A DNA stretch of 62,958 nt, counting the filler, from Octopus bimaculoides (Eukaryota), in assembly GCF_001194135.2 (NCBI RefSeq). It is 3 parts of 3 records of this genome, joined end to end, with 100 filler letters (N's around TTAATTAATTAA, not from the genome) between each part and the next. Parts side by side here need not be neighbours in the genome. Positions count along the whole stretch, not along the records: positions 1 to 31,145 come from NC_068983.1; 2 more parts are not named here. The stretch is one strand, 5' to 3'. A model generated the notes under the pieces. That model was not told the DNA's origin and did not search any database. It saw only the letters and a program-made list of their open reading frames with translations. Below are positions 13,231 through 27,100 of the stretch, in pieces. Numbering within the stretch: the first letter of the stretch is position 1; every line of letters begins with the position of its first letter. The translations under genes and the position numbers were made by a program.

Positions 13231-13589
13231 AGACAAACAGCCGAAATTGAACCCTGTGCATCACTCCAAATGTAGTGAAAATCGTTACAAATGTATGACT
13301 AAGTAGCTGCTAATAGATAACGGAGGCTTTTCAATACAAGCAATGCAAATATTGGCAAACGTTTTACCCGAAATGAAACATATACCATTCAAGTTAAGAA
13401 CGATGATATATCACGAAACACACAGAGGAAATAAGTTGAATGTAATACAGATAGAACACATATCATGAAAGCTAAAGTGCATAATGATAATATAATATAC
13501 AAAACCTGATTCGAAGAAGCCAAACAAACCTGCAACATATGGCAATGCCTTCCTTATATGTCTGAAAATGTGTCTTGTGCAATGGAGCT

Positions 13590-13880
13590 ACTACCCTCAT
13601 GCCACGTTGTAGTCGCTAACTGCCATCCATTTTAAAGCGACTTAGTTTTTGAAATCGCAACATACGTGTCATAAAAACTGAGCAGCTATTTCACAACTCT
13701 TACCCGAACAGTCGTCCCATCCTTCATATCCCAAATGTGTTGAATTGCTGATTCGTAATTACACACATTCTGTAAGCTCAGTTAATTTCTGGTCGCATAA
13801 TTATTACTAAACCATGACTTTGATATTTCTCACCACAACCATAATAGTAGGAATCAGCATTTACTTCTAGATCATCTAAG
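13590..13880 (-). pseudogene. Possible decayed RTE-type AP-endonuclease fragment
   Basis: Across frames: DSYYYGCGEKYQSHGLVIIMRPEI ... FYDTYVAISKTK ... MAVSDYNVA, in the order expected for YSGGEKH.HGVG, FY..L..AIS and GDFNA motifs; many stops and frameshifts. Confidence 0.35.
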
Positions 13881-15435
13881 ATATATATATAATGCTGTGG
13901 ATTCATTCGGCTACATGAAAGTGAGGCGCGTATTTGTTAAAGTAGTTCAGTCCAGCGACTTTCTGTTTGCTGGCCACACCTGTGCAATCAGATTACCTAT
14001 TCAAGTCTTTCTTGCCTACTCTCATAATGTGATGACCTTCGCTTTCGAACATCACTTCATTAGTCTTTTTGTCGTTCACTGGTTGTGTTTGCGTGATACG
14101 ATGAAGCTATCATATATGTATGCCTGCCTGTATGTATGAATGATTGCATAAATCTTTACGTGTACATATTTATATGAAACAATGAAACGTTTATAGGAAA
14201 TATCCGAACCCAATGATTTGCATTTAAATTTTAATCGTCGCAATTATATTAATTCACAGAAGACTGAAGAATAAATATACATATAGCTGAGTGATATCAT
14301 TTCTGAACGGTTTCATGAAGTTATATAGGTAAACATTGGTACTTATAAATGAACTCGCCACTTTAATACAATTTACATGTTATTCTGAAGTGATTTATGG
14401 CAATACGATATAACGAGAAGGTAAAAATGTCTGCGTTTTAATCATTTTATTCCTAAAAGAATGCATAAATAAAGACTGTAATATACTCAAACTCTACCAC
14501 ATTTAGAAGCATTTATTTTATTAATGTCAGTTTACTGTTTGTTATATATGGCAGCGAGTTGTAAAGTTTTCAAGTAGTGGTGGTCTATAAAACACAGAAA
14601 CAGACCAATAAACCAATGTCTGTATTGGCGGCATGGTGCCAGATACTAAACTGTCTGTGTGAGAATTACTAATACATCAATATAATATCTCGGTTCAAAG
14701 GTCATAACAAGAAATTGAAGTTGAATAAAACATCAATTCTACTTTAGAATTGATGCATCAAATATTTAGACGCCTTTAATACAATTAATGGTTTCTTTTG
14801 ACTAATCTATAAAGTCAGGTTTTAAGGGGTATATATTAGTGTAGATCGAATCTACTACTATGATATTGAATCATACTATTATTAAACTTTCTAAGCGACA
14901 TCAGTACTATTATTAATGATAAAATGTAGGATGATTGTTGGAAGCACATTTCGAAACTCGCAAGTTTTATTTGCTTATTCTAACCATTTGTCACCTGGAT
15001 AATATTGAAGGACCAACAAAGTATATACCATGAGATATGTTGAACCCAATTTCGTACCTAATTAATTGTTACACGAGAAACAACAAATTATAGAAATGAC
15101 TATAAGATTAAAACAATGAGACAACATAGGCTGGGCCGCTATTGGGAAAATCATTGATAAAACAGTTAATACTTTTTTAAAAGAAACCTACTTTTAATAA
15201 CGAACTCTTTCTCTACTACTGTGTTTTATTTCATGTTTTACCGTGAATGGTATTTTATCCCCGAGTTTAATCGTATAAACGTGTGTGTGTGTGTGTGNNN
15301 NNNNNNNTTAATGCTAATTCAAATAATTTAAAAACTTAGTATACCCCAAAAGTTAGGATGTTTTGTTTTATTAAGTAGGAACAAAAAAAGACATTCCTTG
15401 TATAACTATATAGATTCAAAAGGAGCTCCATAAGC

Positions 15436-15540
15436 GTCTCTCTCTCTGTGTCTCTCTGTCTCTCTCTGTCTCTCTGTCTCTCTCTGTCTCTCTGTCTCTC
15501 TGTCTCTCTCTGTCTCTCTCTATCTGTCTCTCTCTCTCTC
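15436..15540. repeat. (CT)/(CTGT) compound microsatellite
   Basis: Read directly. Confidence 0.95.
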
Positions 15541-15989
15541 AATATATATATATTTATATATTCTAGATATGAGAGACAGTGTGTGTGTGTATGTGTGTGC
15601 TATGTCAACACATTTTATTGAGAACTCTGTTTCTGAAGAAATTTAAATTCGGCCAAAGTGTTGGAATTCTTTGTACATATAAGAACATCGATAGACGGAA
15701 GCAAGGCAAAGTGGGAAGACGCATACACACATAGACACGGATATTCGCACGCGCGCACACACACTCACTTACACACACGCATGCACACATACCTATACGA
15801 ATACATTTATGCGTTCGTTATTGTTGGATAGACAAATGAATTATCATTGCATGTCTTTAAGAGGAGTTTAGCTTGGAAGGGATTAAATGGATTACCCTTA
15901 TTCGTAAGTATTTCGAATACACACAAACGCACACACAGACACACACACACAGACACACACACACACAAATATATAGCTCAGTGATTGGT

Positions 15990-16200
15990 GGTGAAGGTGC
16001 ATGGGTTAGTGGTTATAAAGCATCAGGTTGACGTTCATGAGGTAGGGAGTACAATTCCCGCGCCGCGCCGGGCTGTGTTTTGTGTTGTTGAGCCAGACCC
16101 TTTATTTCATGTTGCTCCAGTTCATTCAGCTGATAAGATCGTTGCCGTAGAGAGAGAAGGCTAGTATGCATGGGCGACTGGTGGTTTTCCATAAGCAACA
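15990..16200 (+). mobile_element. Diverged tRNA-derived SINE (related to 61262-61515)
   Basis: Head GGGTTAGTGGTTA..CAATTCCCG, then GTGTTGTTGAGC..TTCATGTTGCTCCAGTTCATTCAGCTG as in the 61.3 kb copy. Confidence 0.6.
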
Positions 16201-17533
16201 ATGCCCTACGTTATTTCCCTCCCTTCCACCCCCCACCCCCCCTTTTTGACTCAGCAATTAGCTCTCTCTAATTTAACGGAGCCACAACATATTTATCTCC
16301 CCCTATTTAAATAACTCTCTGAGTTTAACCTTTATTATTACTTCAAAAACACACTCCCTTTATATCTCTATGTATACAAGCGTTCTTATTCCTAAAGTCC
16401 ATGGAATAATATCGTTGACTCCTTTATATCTCTATGTAAACAAACCTTCTAAAAGTCACTGACCATGTAACATCTCTACTCGTAAGTTACCCCTTCTTTT
16501 CGTTTTTGTTTTGCTATTACATGTTTTATTATTAACTCCCCGAAGAGAAATAAATGAGTAACCCCAACAGCTCTTTCTTCTTTGTGAAAGAGGTCTTATT
16601 TATTTTGAAACATGTGTAGGAATTAAAGGAACTTTTATTGACATGCGTTTGGCTCCATTTATTATTATCCATATCTTCTCAAAATGTATCACTTTAACTT
16701 GGTATATCTACCTGTAAAACGGCTGTGATATCTTGTTTTTTAGTGTAATTTTGCTACCTCTGGTAACTATTAACGTATTTAAATTATCGAAAGTTTTAAT
16801 AACTGAGATAATATTAATATATACATAAACTAATNNNNNNNNNNNNNNNNNNNNNNNNNNNNNNNNNNNNNNNNNNNNNNNNNNNNNNNNNNNNNNNNNN
16901 NNNNNNNNNNNNNNNNNNNNNNNNNNNNNNNNNNNNNNNNNNNNNNNNNNNNNNNNNNNNNNNNNNNNNNNNNNNNNNNNNNNNNNNNNNNNNNNNNNNN
17001 NNNNNNNNNNNNNNNNNNNNNNNNNNNNNNNNNNNNNNNNNNNNNNNNNNNNNNNNNNNNNNNNNNNNNNNNNNNNNNNNNNNNNNNNNNNNNNNNNNNN
17101 NNNNNNNNNNNNNNNNNNNNNNNNNNNNNNNNNNNNNNNNNNNNNNNNNNNNNNNNNNNNNNNNNNNNNNNNNNNNNNNNNNNNNNNNNNNNNNNNNNNN
17201 NNNNNNNNNNNNNNNNNNNNNNNNNNNNNNNNNNNNNNNNNNNNNNNNNNNNNNNNNNNNNNNNNNNNNNNNNNNNNNNNNNNNNNNNNNNNNNNNNNNN
17301 NNNNNNNNNNNNNNNNNNNNNNNNNNNNNNNNNNNNNNNNNNNNNNNNNNNNNNNNNNNNNNNNNNNNNNNNNNNNNNNNNNNNNNNNNNNNNNNNNNNN
17401 NNNNNNNNNNNNNNNNNNNNNNNNNNNNNNNNNNNNNNNNNNNNNNNNNNNNNNNNNNNNNNNNNNNNNNNNNNNNNNNNNNNNNNNNNNNNNNNNNNNN
17501 NNNNNNNNNNNNNNNNNNNNNNNNNNNNNNNNN

Positions 17534-17840
17534 CACGGAACAGTTCTCAAAGAGAAACTGGACCGAGACAAATTTGGCCGCCGAGTTAAAGCTATTTATA
17601 ACAAACTATGGGCTCCCGATGGCTTCAGAATTTTACTCTATCACGTGACCTTATTAGGGGTCGTGATTGGTCAGTTTGCGTTCTGGCGGGAAAGGTTCGA
17701 AGAGGTTGCCGATTCGAATAATAATCAGTCACGTGATGACAAGGAATGGGTTCTCTACTACGCTCGCATTTATTTATATTTAAATGAGAAGATTGTATGT
17801 AATGGCGATAGTAGTTTTGCATCTTGTGACGATAGGTAGT
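17534..17840. promoter_or_regulatory. CpG-rich promoter-like island
   Basis: TCACGTGA E-boxes at 17641 and 17729, ATTGG (reverse CCAAT) 17666-17670, TGGCGGGAAA E2F-type site 17684-17693, many CpGs in an otherwise AT-rich window; no similar copy elsewhere in the window. Confidence 0.45.
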
Positions 17841-18407
17841 TTCACTACATATATATAATGACAATACTCCGTTCCTCAATTGAGAATTTTATTTGTTTAT
17901 CCAAACAATTGTTCAAATAACAACGCTGAAATGTACCAAATTAAGAGAAACCATTAGAAAGTCACAGACATCTCCAAGTATTAACTTGACATAGCCTGTC
18001 CTGTTTCTAAATCATTCAACAAAGAGGAAGAAATCGTATCCTTTATTAATGTAAATACTATTCACTACAAGGAAGAACGTGCATGCGGAGAATATAATAA
18101 ATAAACAAAATAGAATTCACTAGCACTGAATTTGGTAACGATGTGAAAACTGCTTAGCAAGTCTTTAATGGATAGATAAGGATAGATGCAAGTTTTAGAA
18201 ATTTGGAAAATACACATTGTATTTATGGAATTTTTTCAACGTCAGAAATATCACATATGGCAACCTACCTCAATTAAATTGAGACAGTTCCTACATAAAC
18301 ACCGAAGAGAGAACAGATCCGGTATAATTGATGTTGTAATAGATCCCCTGAGTGAAGATTGCAGTTGTATCTCTGAAATGGAATTTAGGTTGTATCTATA
18401 TGGATGC

Positions 18408-18482
<75 letters not shown>
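18408..18482. repeat. (TATC)n microsatellite
   Basis: Read directly. Confidence 0.95.
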
Positions 18483-19659
18483 CCAACCTATCTAGCTAGC
18501 TAGCTAGGTATTTATCCATCTCTAGATAGGTAGATAGCTAGATATATGTATGTGCGTATATCTACGTGTATGAGATTCCTAGTGGCTTATTTATGTTTGT
18601 ATGAATAAGTTGGTTCGGGAAATACACACGGGGTTTTTAATTAATTTGTGAATCAACCGTACCAGTTTGGAAACCTTTCTATTTTTCAATGATTGGGTAC
18701 TGATAAATAATTTGTAAATTTAGAAGAAAGGTAATACATAGAAAACATCGTTTTTTAAACCGATAAACCACGCCCAATAACGAACTGTTCAATAGGTTTC
18801 ATACCAAAATTACACGATGAAATTCTAGTGTTCAATATATTTTACAACCATAGAATAATATGCAAGTTCAAACAATTGATAAAATGCATAGGAATAATAC
18901 ATGTAAGCAATCTAAATGTTCTATAAATTTTATATAAATTAAGTTAGAAATACATAGGATAAATATTTAAAAATAAATGAAATGAAAAAATATATTAACA
19001 AGCTTGGTCGTTTGCTTCACTTGTTTGAAAATTGTCGTTGATGTATTTTTCAAGTTGATACTGCATTATTTGTATATATTTCAAGACATAATTTCAAGTC
19101 CAAATTGGATGCTTACTGAAATAGGTCTTTATTTCTGACCGTCGTTGAACCATTGTGGCTTCTGGCTAACTGCATGGTTAAAATATTCGTTTCATATACG
19201 TTCATTTGACTTGTTATTTTCCGACAGGAGGCTGACGTTTTGTCAGGTTTTAGTGTCTGAAGATGTCATTTGTTTGTCAGATTGAATTGTTTCTGTTTCA
19301 GTGTTAGCTATCTTTCTGTTCGTCTGATTCAAACAGAACATTCAATTGTTTTTTTTTGTTTTGTTTTTTTTTCTCATATTCTCATCAACTGGAATATATT
19401 TCGCTCTTTCCTTCACAAGGTGTTTCAATGCAAAGCATTCCAATTGGTTAATACTCGGGTGGCGTCAGCACACAAAGAAATTACGATTAAGCATTGGTTT
19501 GAAGTTTGGATTTCGCATCTCGGTGGAAGACTAACGTATCAATTTTCTAGTCACTTTTAGTATTTTATGTGGCTAGCAACTCTTTTTTTAGTTGTGTTTT
19601 GTTTATATCATGATGTTATAAAGTATTTAGTTTGCGCTTATAATTCTTCAAAACAAAAC

Positions 19660-19800
19660 AGGCAGGGGTGTGTGGTAAAAAGCTTGCTTCCCAACTACAT
19701 TATTCCGGGTCCAGGCTAGCCGCGTCGCAAGTTCCATATCTGTCTTAAAACAAGTCATTTGAGTGGATTTAGGACAAAGAAACCGAACGAATTCCGTCAC
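19660..19800 (+). mobile_element. SINE family B (CORE-like) 5' half
   Basis: GTGTGTGGTAAAAAGCTTGCTTCCCAAC..CCGGGT head, ..GAGTGGATTT..GAAACCGAACGAATTCCGTC, then (CA)n. Confidence 0.7.
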
Positions 19801-20085
19801 ACACACGCACACATAAACCAATACACACACACAGGCATTGGCTAAAAGTCACCCGACAGTAAATCATGATTCCATAAACACTTAATATTCAATTTCACTT
19901 GCTCTTTCCAATTTTTTCCAATTATAAATGTTTAATAATTGAATACTGTGTTTTAAAATCACCGTTTTTTCCAACATTTTTACATTTGCCTGTTTATCAG
20001 CGAAGTCTCATTCAATAGTTAAACATATATGAATCTTGAAATTAAATGGTTTTGCTTTACCGTCAGTGATTTTTGGCCAACCATG

Positions 20086-20087
<2 letters not shown>

Positions 20088-20124
<37 letters not shown>

Positions 20125-20140
20125 ATGTGTGTGTGTGTAT

Positions 20141-20186
<46 letters not shown>

Positions 20187-20200
20187 GTGTGTGTGTGTGA
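20088..20200. repeat. (TA)n(TG)n compound microsatellite
   Basis: Read directly. Confidence 0.95.
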
Positions 20201-21015
20201 GACTTTAATTATGTTTTAATAAGCCAGCTGGCTTTCAGCGACACCACTGCCTGATTGGGCTTTGTTATTATATGTATATGGCTAGCAGAAGAGTTACTGC
20301 TCTTTCCATCAGCCAGGTATCGACCATAGACAAGACTGAAATCACGTGTCCTGGTAGACTTGACAGTAGCGATGGCGTTGACTGCCTCCCGCTAGCGAGA
20401 TAAACAGGGGTTCTTATATGCACCAAAGAACCACATAAGTGATTCTTTCAGAGTATATGTCACATTACTGTATTTAAAAAAAAAACGGTCAAATTTATGT
20501 GGTGATAAATTTTAACTTTTGTTTTAAAAGCTACTTCTGTCTCTCTTATTATATTTATCTGTGTCTTTGTGTGTTTGGAGGTCCATTAATTCTAGTAAAG
20601 ATTTTTCAAAGGCAGTTCTGCAGCATGGTGCCAGCCTAATGGATGCAACACGTAATATGATTAACGAGTTATTTAGCTTACCTAAACAGAACTAGATTTA
20701 CGTGTCCAGTATACATTAATATAAAAGGAAGACTTCCTATTTAGATTCTTGGTTAATATTACAAAGATCCAAGTCTTTATAACCAGCTACCGTTCTGGCA
20801 CTGGGGTCATCTCGGAACTGTTGTCAGCAGACCGTCAGTCTGTGCTTCAGATTAAATTCTGGTTGTTCTTTGTAGCCTTCAATATATCCATTGCATTTGA
20901 TAATAAAAATAATATTTCTTGATGGATGCGTGAACATATTTTTAATGCTAAATGATTGTTCTTGATTTAAATCTATATGTAAAACCCTCAATGACGCTGA
21001 TATGAAATTTCCTAT

Positions 21016-21311
21016 TATAAATCGTCAGTTTGATTTAATTTGGGATGGATAAGAAAGTAAACGCCACATTTTCTGATAGTCGGTATATGCTTGAGATTTG
21101 GTTTAGGTTGTTTACGTGAGGTGTGTATTGCAAGTGATCAGATGCAGACCTTATAGGTTTAATATATGATAATGTACATTCTGTTTCATCCTGTCCCCCT
21201 TCATACATTTTTGGATACATTTGTGTGTGTGTGCTTGTGTGCGTATGTGTATGTGTGATAGTGTGTGTGTGTGCGTATGTGGGCACTTGCATTTGTGTGC
21301 ATATGCTTATG

Positions 21312-21360
<49 letters not shown>
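21016..21360 (+). repeat. Near-identical direct repeat, copy 1 (copy 2 at 22263-22580)
   Basis: About 210 bp of complex sequence plus degenerate (TG)n and (TA)n, duplicated 1247 bp apart with very few differences. Confidence 0.95.
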
Positions 21361-21365
<5 letters not shown>

Positions 21366-22262
21366 TCATAGATATTTTGCGAAATACGTATGCACGTTGT
21401 CATGACCTGCTTTGTTCATCAAAATGGGATATTATGGCAAATGATTTTGTACGCTTCTGTATTTTTTCAAGTGTGCGTTTACATAGAATGTAGTGTATCA
21501 TGGCATATCTTCCTTTACAAAATTAAAAAAAAAAATTTCCCTCTTTTTAGTATGTTCTATTCTTCCGTTCTTCTATTGATTAATGTTACCCGATATTGTC
21601 TTTCAAGTAATGTACATTTAAGTTCTTCAAAAGGTTTCTCCTAGCTTTCGATATTTTATACACTTGTAAAGATTCTTCTTCCGAGGTATATTTATTTTCC
21701 TATGTTGTGTTTGACAGGAAGAAAATAGAAGATATTTTAAAAGTATCTTGAGTTTCAGAAAATTTTAGTTCCAAAGTACCTGATGAAGGTGACCCACAAG
21801 GGCAAATGTTTTTGAATAAATACCAATGTAAATTGGATGCGGTAGTTTAAATTTTTAGTTAGACTTTTAAACTCGTAAATTCGATGCTGATGGTGTGTCT
21901 AGAAGTAAAGCTATCGACCATGTAGCGTTTTCAGCTGCCAAATGAGAATTTATGGAAGTCATTCTAGAGCTTTAATCAGAAGTATTCATTAAGTTGAACT
22001 TCTGTATATGCCAGGGCAAGATTAGTATAGGTGGGTTCGACGTTCTTGCCTACTGCAGGTCTAGATATTTGTGTGAAATAAAAGATAAAGAAGAAAAACT
22101 ATAGGAGATATTTTACGAGTCCCCTTTCCAGTATAGTTTCAACGATATAGATTTTCTAATTGTGTTCATAGAAGCATTTAGACAAAATTTCCTGACAGGA
22201 ATTGTATGGCTATTGTATCCATATTGAAATGTGTTTAAAAAGTTTACTACATCGATAAGACA

Positions 22263-22580
22263 TATAAATCGTCAGTTTGATTTAATTTGGGATGGATAAG
22301 AAAGTAAACGCCACTTTTTCTGATAGTCGGTATATGCTTGAGCTTTGGTTTAGGTTGTTTACGTGAGGTGTGTATTGCAAGTGATCAGATGCAGACCTTA
22401 TAGGTTTAATATATGATAATGTACATTCTGTTTCATCCTGTCCCCTTCATACATTTTTGGATACATTTGTGTGTGTGTGCTTGTGTGCGTATGTGTATGT
22501 GTGATAGTGTGTGTGCGTATGTGTGCACTTGCATTTGTGTGCATATGCCTATGTATTATATATATATATATATATATATA
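22263..22580 (+). repeat. Near-identical direct repeat, copy 2
   Basis: See copy 1. Confidence 0.95.
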
Positions 22581-22849
22581 TACATACACACATTTTCATA
22601 CATACATTCATGCATACATATATACATACATGAATACATATATGCATGCATGCATACATACATGCATGCATATATATACATGTTCTTCAATAATGTAACA
22701 ACAGAATTTCGCGTGAATGATAAATAGAACATCGATGTCTATTTATACGTTCATGTCGAATAGAGCCAGCGGCAACAGCTGTGTTAATACCAGAAGAAAT
22801 CTTGATCTCCAACAGCCCGTCAGTGACATATAGAGTATGTGTGTTTACT

Positions 22850-23010
22850 CAAGCACTGAGGGGGAAAATAGCCGAACGAACGACCCAAGAACTTATTCTT
22901 TGTAAGTCTAATACTTACTCCATCGGTGTATTTGCCGAACCGCAAATGTTACGGGGACGTAAACACTCCGATATCGATTGTCAAGCGATAGTAGGAGGGA
23001 AAAACGCAGT
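22850..23010 (-). mobile_element. SINE family B 3' half
   Basis: GAACGAACGACCC..TTGCCGAACCGC..GTTACGGGGACGTAAACAC..GTTGTCAAGCG-like block matches the other family B copies. Confidence 0.75.
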
Positions 23011-23959
23011 CACATAATCACATACATGCAAATATATATATATATANNNNNNNNNNNNNNNNNNNNNNNNNNNNNNNNNNNNNNNNNNNNNNNNNNNNNN
23101 NNNNNNNNNNNNNNNNNNNNNNNNNNNNNNNNNNNNNNNNNNNNNNNNNNNNNNTATATATATATGCACGAACACACACACACACACGCACACACGCGCA
23201 CACACAGACACGCGCGGGCGCACACGCACACACACACACACCCATACACACAAGGTTCAATGAAAATGTATCGTGTATAAACGAAATTATAGGAACATAC
23301 ACGAACATACCGAAGTAAAAACGGACTTCTCTTCCAGTTGCACGTGTGATCAAAAGCTTTTAACTGATTATACCACGCGTCTCGAAGCTGTAAATACACT
23401 GTAGCAATTCTACTACAACCAATACACTCCAGATTCACGCTAATTTCAGTTTTCGGATAAGGTGAATAATAAACAGATAACAACAGATGAATAGTAGCTC
23501 ATTCACTACAGCTTTTTGCAGATGTGATTTATATTGTTGATAATAGTTATTACCTCATGTGACACAAAAAAACAAACAAAAAAAAACGTTTTCATCAGGC
23601 AAACATGCTTGAATTAAACATTTAAGAAAACATTACACGGATCCAAGTATGTGCCTTTTTGTGTTTCTCTGACGACTGTTAATCTATAAAACAGGTGTAG
23701 TAAGTTAGCCACTATCCATCTGTCGTTATTTGTTTGTATATATATATATATATGTGCATTCTCTAAAGGGAAGTCAACCAGGTAGAACACCAAACTTGAT
23801 AACCAGAAAGAATAATACATCATCAGAATTATAACGAATCAAAATTAGATCCGTTCACGAAAACAAAATAACTTATAAAAACTCTGATTGCAAAACATAC
23901 GGTTACAAGCAAAATAACCCTGCACGCGACAGAAAAAAAGTACCCAAGATAACAGAAAC

Positions 23960-23962
23960 TTT

Positions 23963-24032
<70 letters not shown>

Positions 24033-24110
24033 CTTCCTCTCTCTCTTTCTCCTTCTCTCTCTCCCCCTCTCTCTCTCTCCCTCTCTCTCTCTTTCTCTCT
24101 CTCTCTTTTT
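23960..24110. repeat. (TTTC)n/(CT)n polypyrimidine microsatellite
   Basis: Read directly. Confidence 0.95.
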
Positions 24111-27100
24111 ATATTCTTCGCCGATCATTTTTGATGTTATTGAATTTTGTGAACATGTAATCTTTTAATTATGTTTTCTACTTCGCAATTAAATTTTTTA
24201 AAATCCCATACGTTTATACCATTTATAAACAAAAAAAAAAAATATTGAAAGTAGTTTGGTATGTATGTAAATACATTTATTTAAAATCAATTACAAGTCT
24301 TTCTAATTAAGGTGCACTTTCAACAACAAATTCTCCTATATGTGTATGTGAATGATTTTTAAAGAGCAAATACATTCTAGTGTACAATATACATAAAAAT
24401 ATATGAAATATTTTCGTACATGTAACTAATTTCATTTGATCAGCAACTTGCTTGATCAATACTAGGCTACGGTAACAAAGGCAGCAATTTTAAAAGAGTA
24501 TCTACTCCCTGTTCATAACCTTTACTCGGAACTCCCTATTTATAACATTTTTGTTTGATTTTTGCTAACGTCACAAGCGTTAACATTTAGCGAGAAATAA
24601 TATTGTAAAAAAAAAAAATGCCTGCGTAGCTGCTTTTTCATATCAGCCTCCATTATGCATTGGCACACAATATCGGATGCTCTCAATGAATGTCCTGGTC
24701 TATACCACCATTACAGTGATTAGCTCCACGTCAATTAGTAATTATGTAGAAAGTGACGGGTAGTCATCTATTATTTGATTTATCCTTGACAAAAGCAGCT
24801 AAATTTCCTTGGCTATTACTATTTTCAAGAAACTTAATATTATACCAACCATTGACCCCCAAAGTTTGCAGATGGACCATCTATAAACCCAGCTGAAATA
24901 TTTTGCAAAATATGTATTGAAACATAACGATTTGAACATAAATCACTGAAAAACGGCGATAGAAAGCGTGGAATACTCCATGACATTTATTATCAAAACC
25001 ATTTAGCATGGATAAAAATAGGAGAGTTGCACTAAGCGGAAAGTCAAATGAAATCCATGCTTTCTGTAGCCATATGGAATTATGTAAATATCGATAAAAG
25101 TAACAGTTATGCGCAATCATTAAGCAGTAATAAAATATATAAAAACCACATTCATTTGAAACGAACCAATCGATATTGGCATATTTCAGTAAGCTATTTT
25201 CGCACGCCTTTCGATTTCTACATATCTTATATTTACAAGTAAAATCTTTGAAATAACAAATAGTGTATGCAAAGTAAAGCGGCATAGAAACTCAATAAAG
25301 CTGAGAAATCTTTATCAAAGAGTGAATATTCCCAATCCTACTACATCATTAATGCTAGGTTTTACGATTAGGCAAATACCACATATCAAAACAAGTCGCA
25401 ACTCTGAAATAAAATGCAAACAGCCATAAGGGAAAAAAATATTTATGGAATGGTAGTATTCATATAGGATCCATTGATACAGCAGCTGGCATATCACACT
25501 GAAAGAGGTGAGTAGATCAGCTAAGAGGTAACACTTCAGAGAATACACGCATCAGATATAGTAAGCAATAAATAGTGGCTTCGTGCAAGATAATGCTATT
25601 AAAGCAGTAAAAGCATAAGTATATGTTTTCTCGCTAATAATGCCAAAACCTAGGTTGCACAACTCTTCAAACTGTACAGCAATAGTCTAAGTATTTTCAC
25701 CTCATTTACTCTTCTCACTCTACAATTTAGACTGCATTAAGCACATACATACATACACACACATAAATATATGCACATATAAATACTTTCAGAAATATAT
25801 ATATATATNNNNNNNNNNNNNNNNNNNNNNNNNNNNNNNNNNNNNNNNNNNNNNNNNNNNNNNNNNNNATATAATATTAGGGACAAAATCCAAAATTACA
25901 GGTAAAAACTCAATTAAAATCAATTTATAAAAATTTAAAATTAAATTGAGCTTTATAGATAAAATATATATAAAATATATAGTTTTAGGGAAAATAACCA
26001 AGTTTCAAGAACTCATCGATGAAAATCCACTATCACATATAGAAAAATTAATATATATATATAAATACATATATATATGTGTGTCTGTATGCGCACTTAT
26101 GAGTGTGTATGTGTGTGTGTGTGTTAAGAAGACAGACTGGGACATTTGTCTATTGTACATAATGAACCATGAACTTCAATTACACATCTTAATATAAATC
26201 ATGGAATGTTAATTCAATAATATATTTATTCCTTATTACTCCATATTACTACATCCGAACTATGTAAGGCCACAAGTGAACGTTAAATGCGTTACATTCT
26301 GATTATAATTTCCTGTTATGCTTTCGGTTTACAAAACAAGAAAACGTATATTGCTAATACATAAACGTACATGTGATAGAATACATTCATTGACATTCAA
26401 AATTAGTAACCTTGAATAAACTCATTTTTGTTATAATCATTATATTGCCTCCTCTACATTCGAATTTCAATTTTAATTTCTTTCTCGTAATTTCAAAGTC
26501 CATTGTCTTCATTTCGTCAGTTCTTATCTGATGGAACCCCACTATACTTCAAGGATTAAGCGTATGATGGAACTTTCTGCTTTCGTATTTCAAAATTATG
26601 TAGATATATAATTTCGAATTGACTGTAGTGAACCATTGCTCATATCGCTTTGCAATTTTGCTCTTGCTTCATATTATTCTAGTAATCTAATTACTTAATA
26701 CGCTTAAACAATTCTGTATGTTCTCATCTTTAGTTTGTCATATGTTTAAAAGTTAGAAAATCTAACGGAGTACTGAACAGTTAGCACTCAGCAGCTAACA
26801 CATATATTCAATTATTGTCACAGAGAATCGTGTGGCAATGGTGTGGTTATGAAATCTAAATTAAAAATCAAGTTTCAAGCTATTAATCCGATATTAAATA
26901 CAAAACAAGAATGTAATATTTCCACGCAATCCACAGTGAATGTGGAAATGCCGTTTCTCAATGAAACATTTAATTAAAACGAAACACAATTTTAGGTGGA
27001 TTAGGAGTAACGAATACATTCTGCCACCAAAACTAGAAAAATATTTAAAATTCCGTTTTTGCTCCATTTCATATTAATGAAGGCTATTCAAGAATTATTA

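Noticed and set aside
13695-13770. Apparent WD40-like exon NVCNYESAIQHIWDMKDGTTVR with AG/GT borders (minus)
   Set aside because: Lies within the segment better explained as a decayed RTE endonuclease; no partner exons found.
16708-17571. Long ORFs of 200-460 aa in the track (also 32520-33680, 34620-36036, 47734-48567, 52704-53095)
   Set aside because: They are mostly X residues translated through N-gaps and flanked by microsatellites.
25315-25548. Hydrophobic ORF with LADLL resembling GPCR TM2
   Set aside because: Flanked by stops, no DRY/NPxxY motifs; AT-rich DNA yields hydrophobic translations by default.
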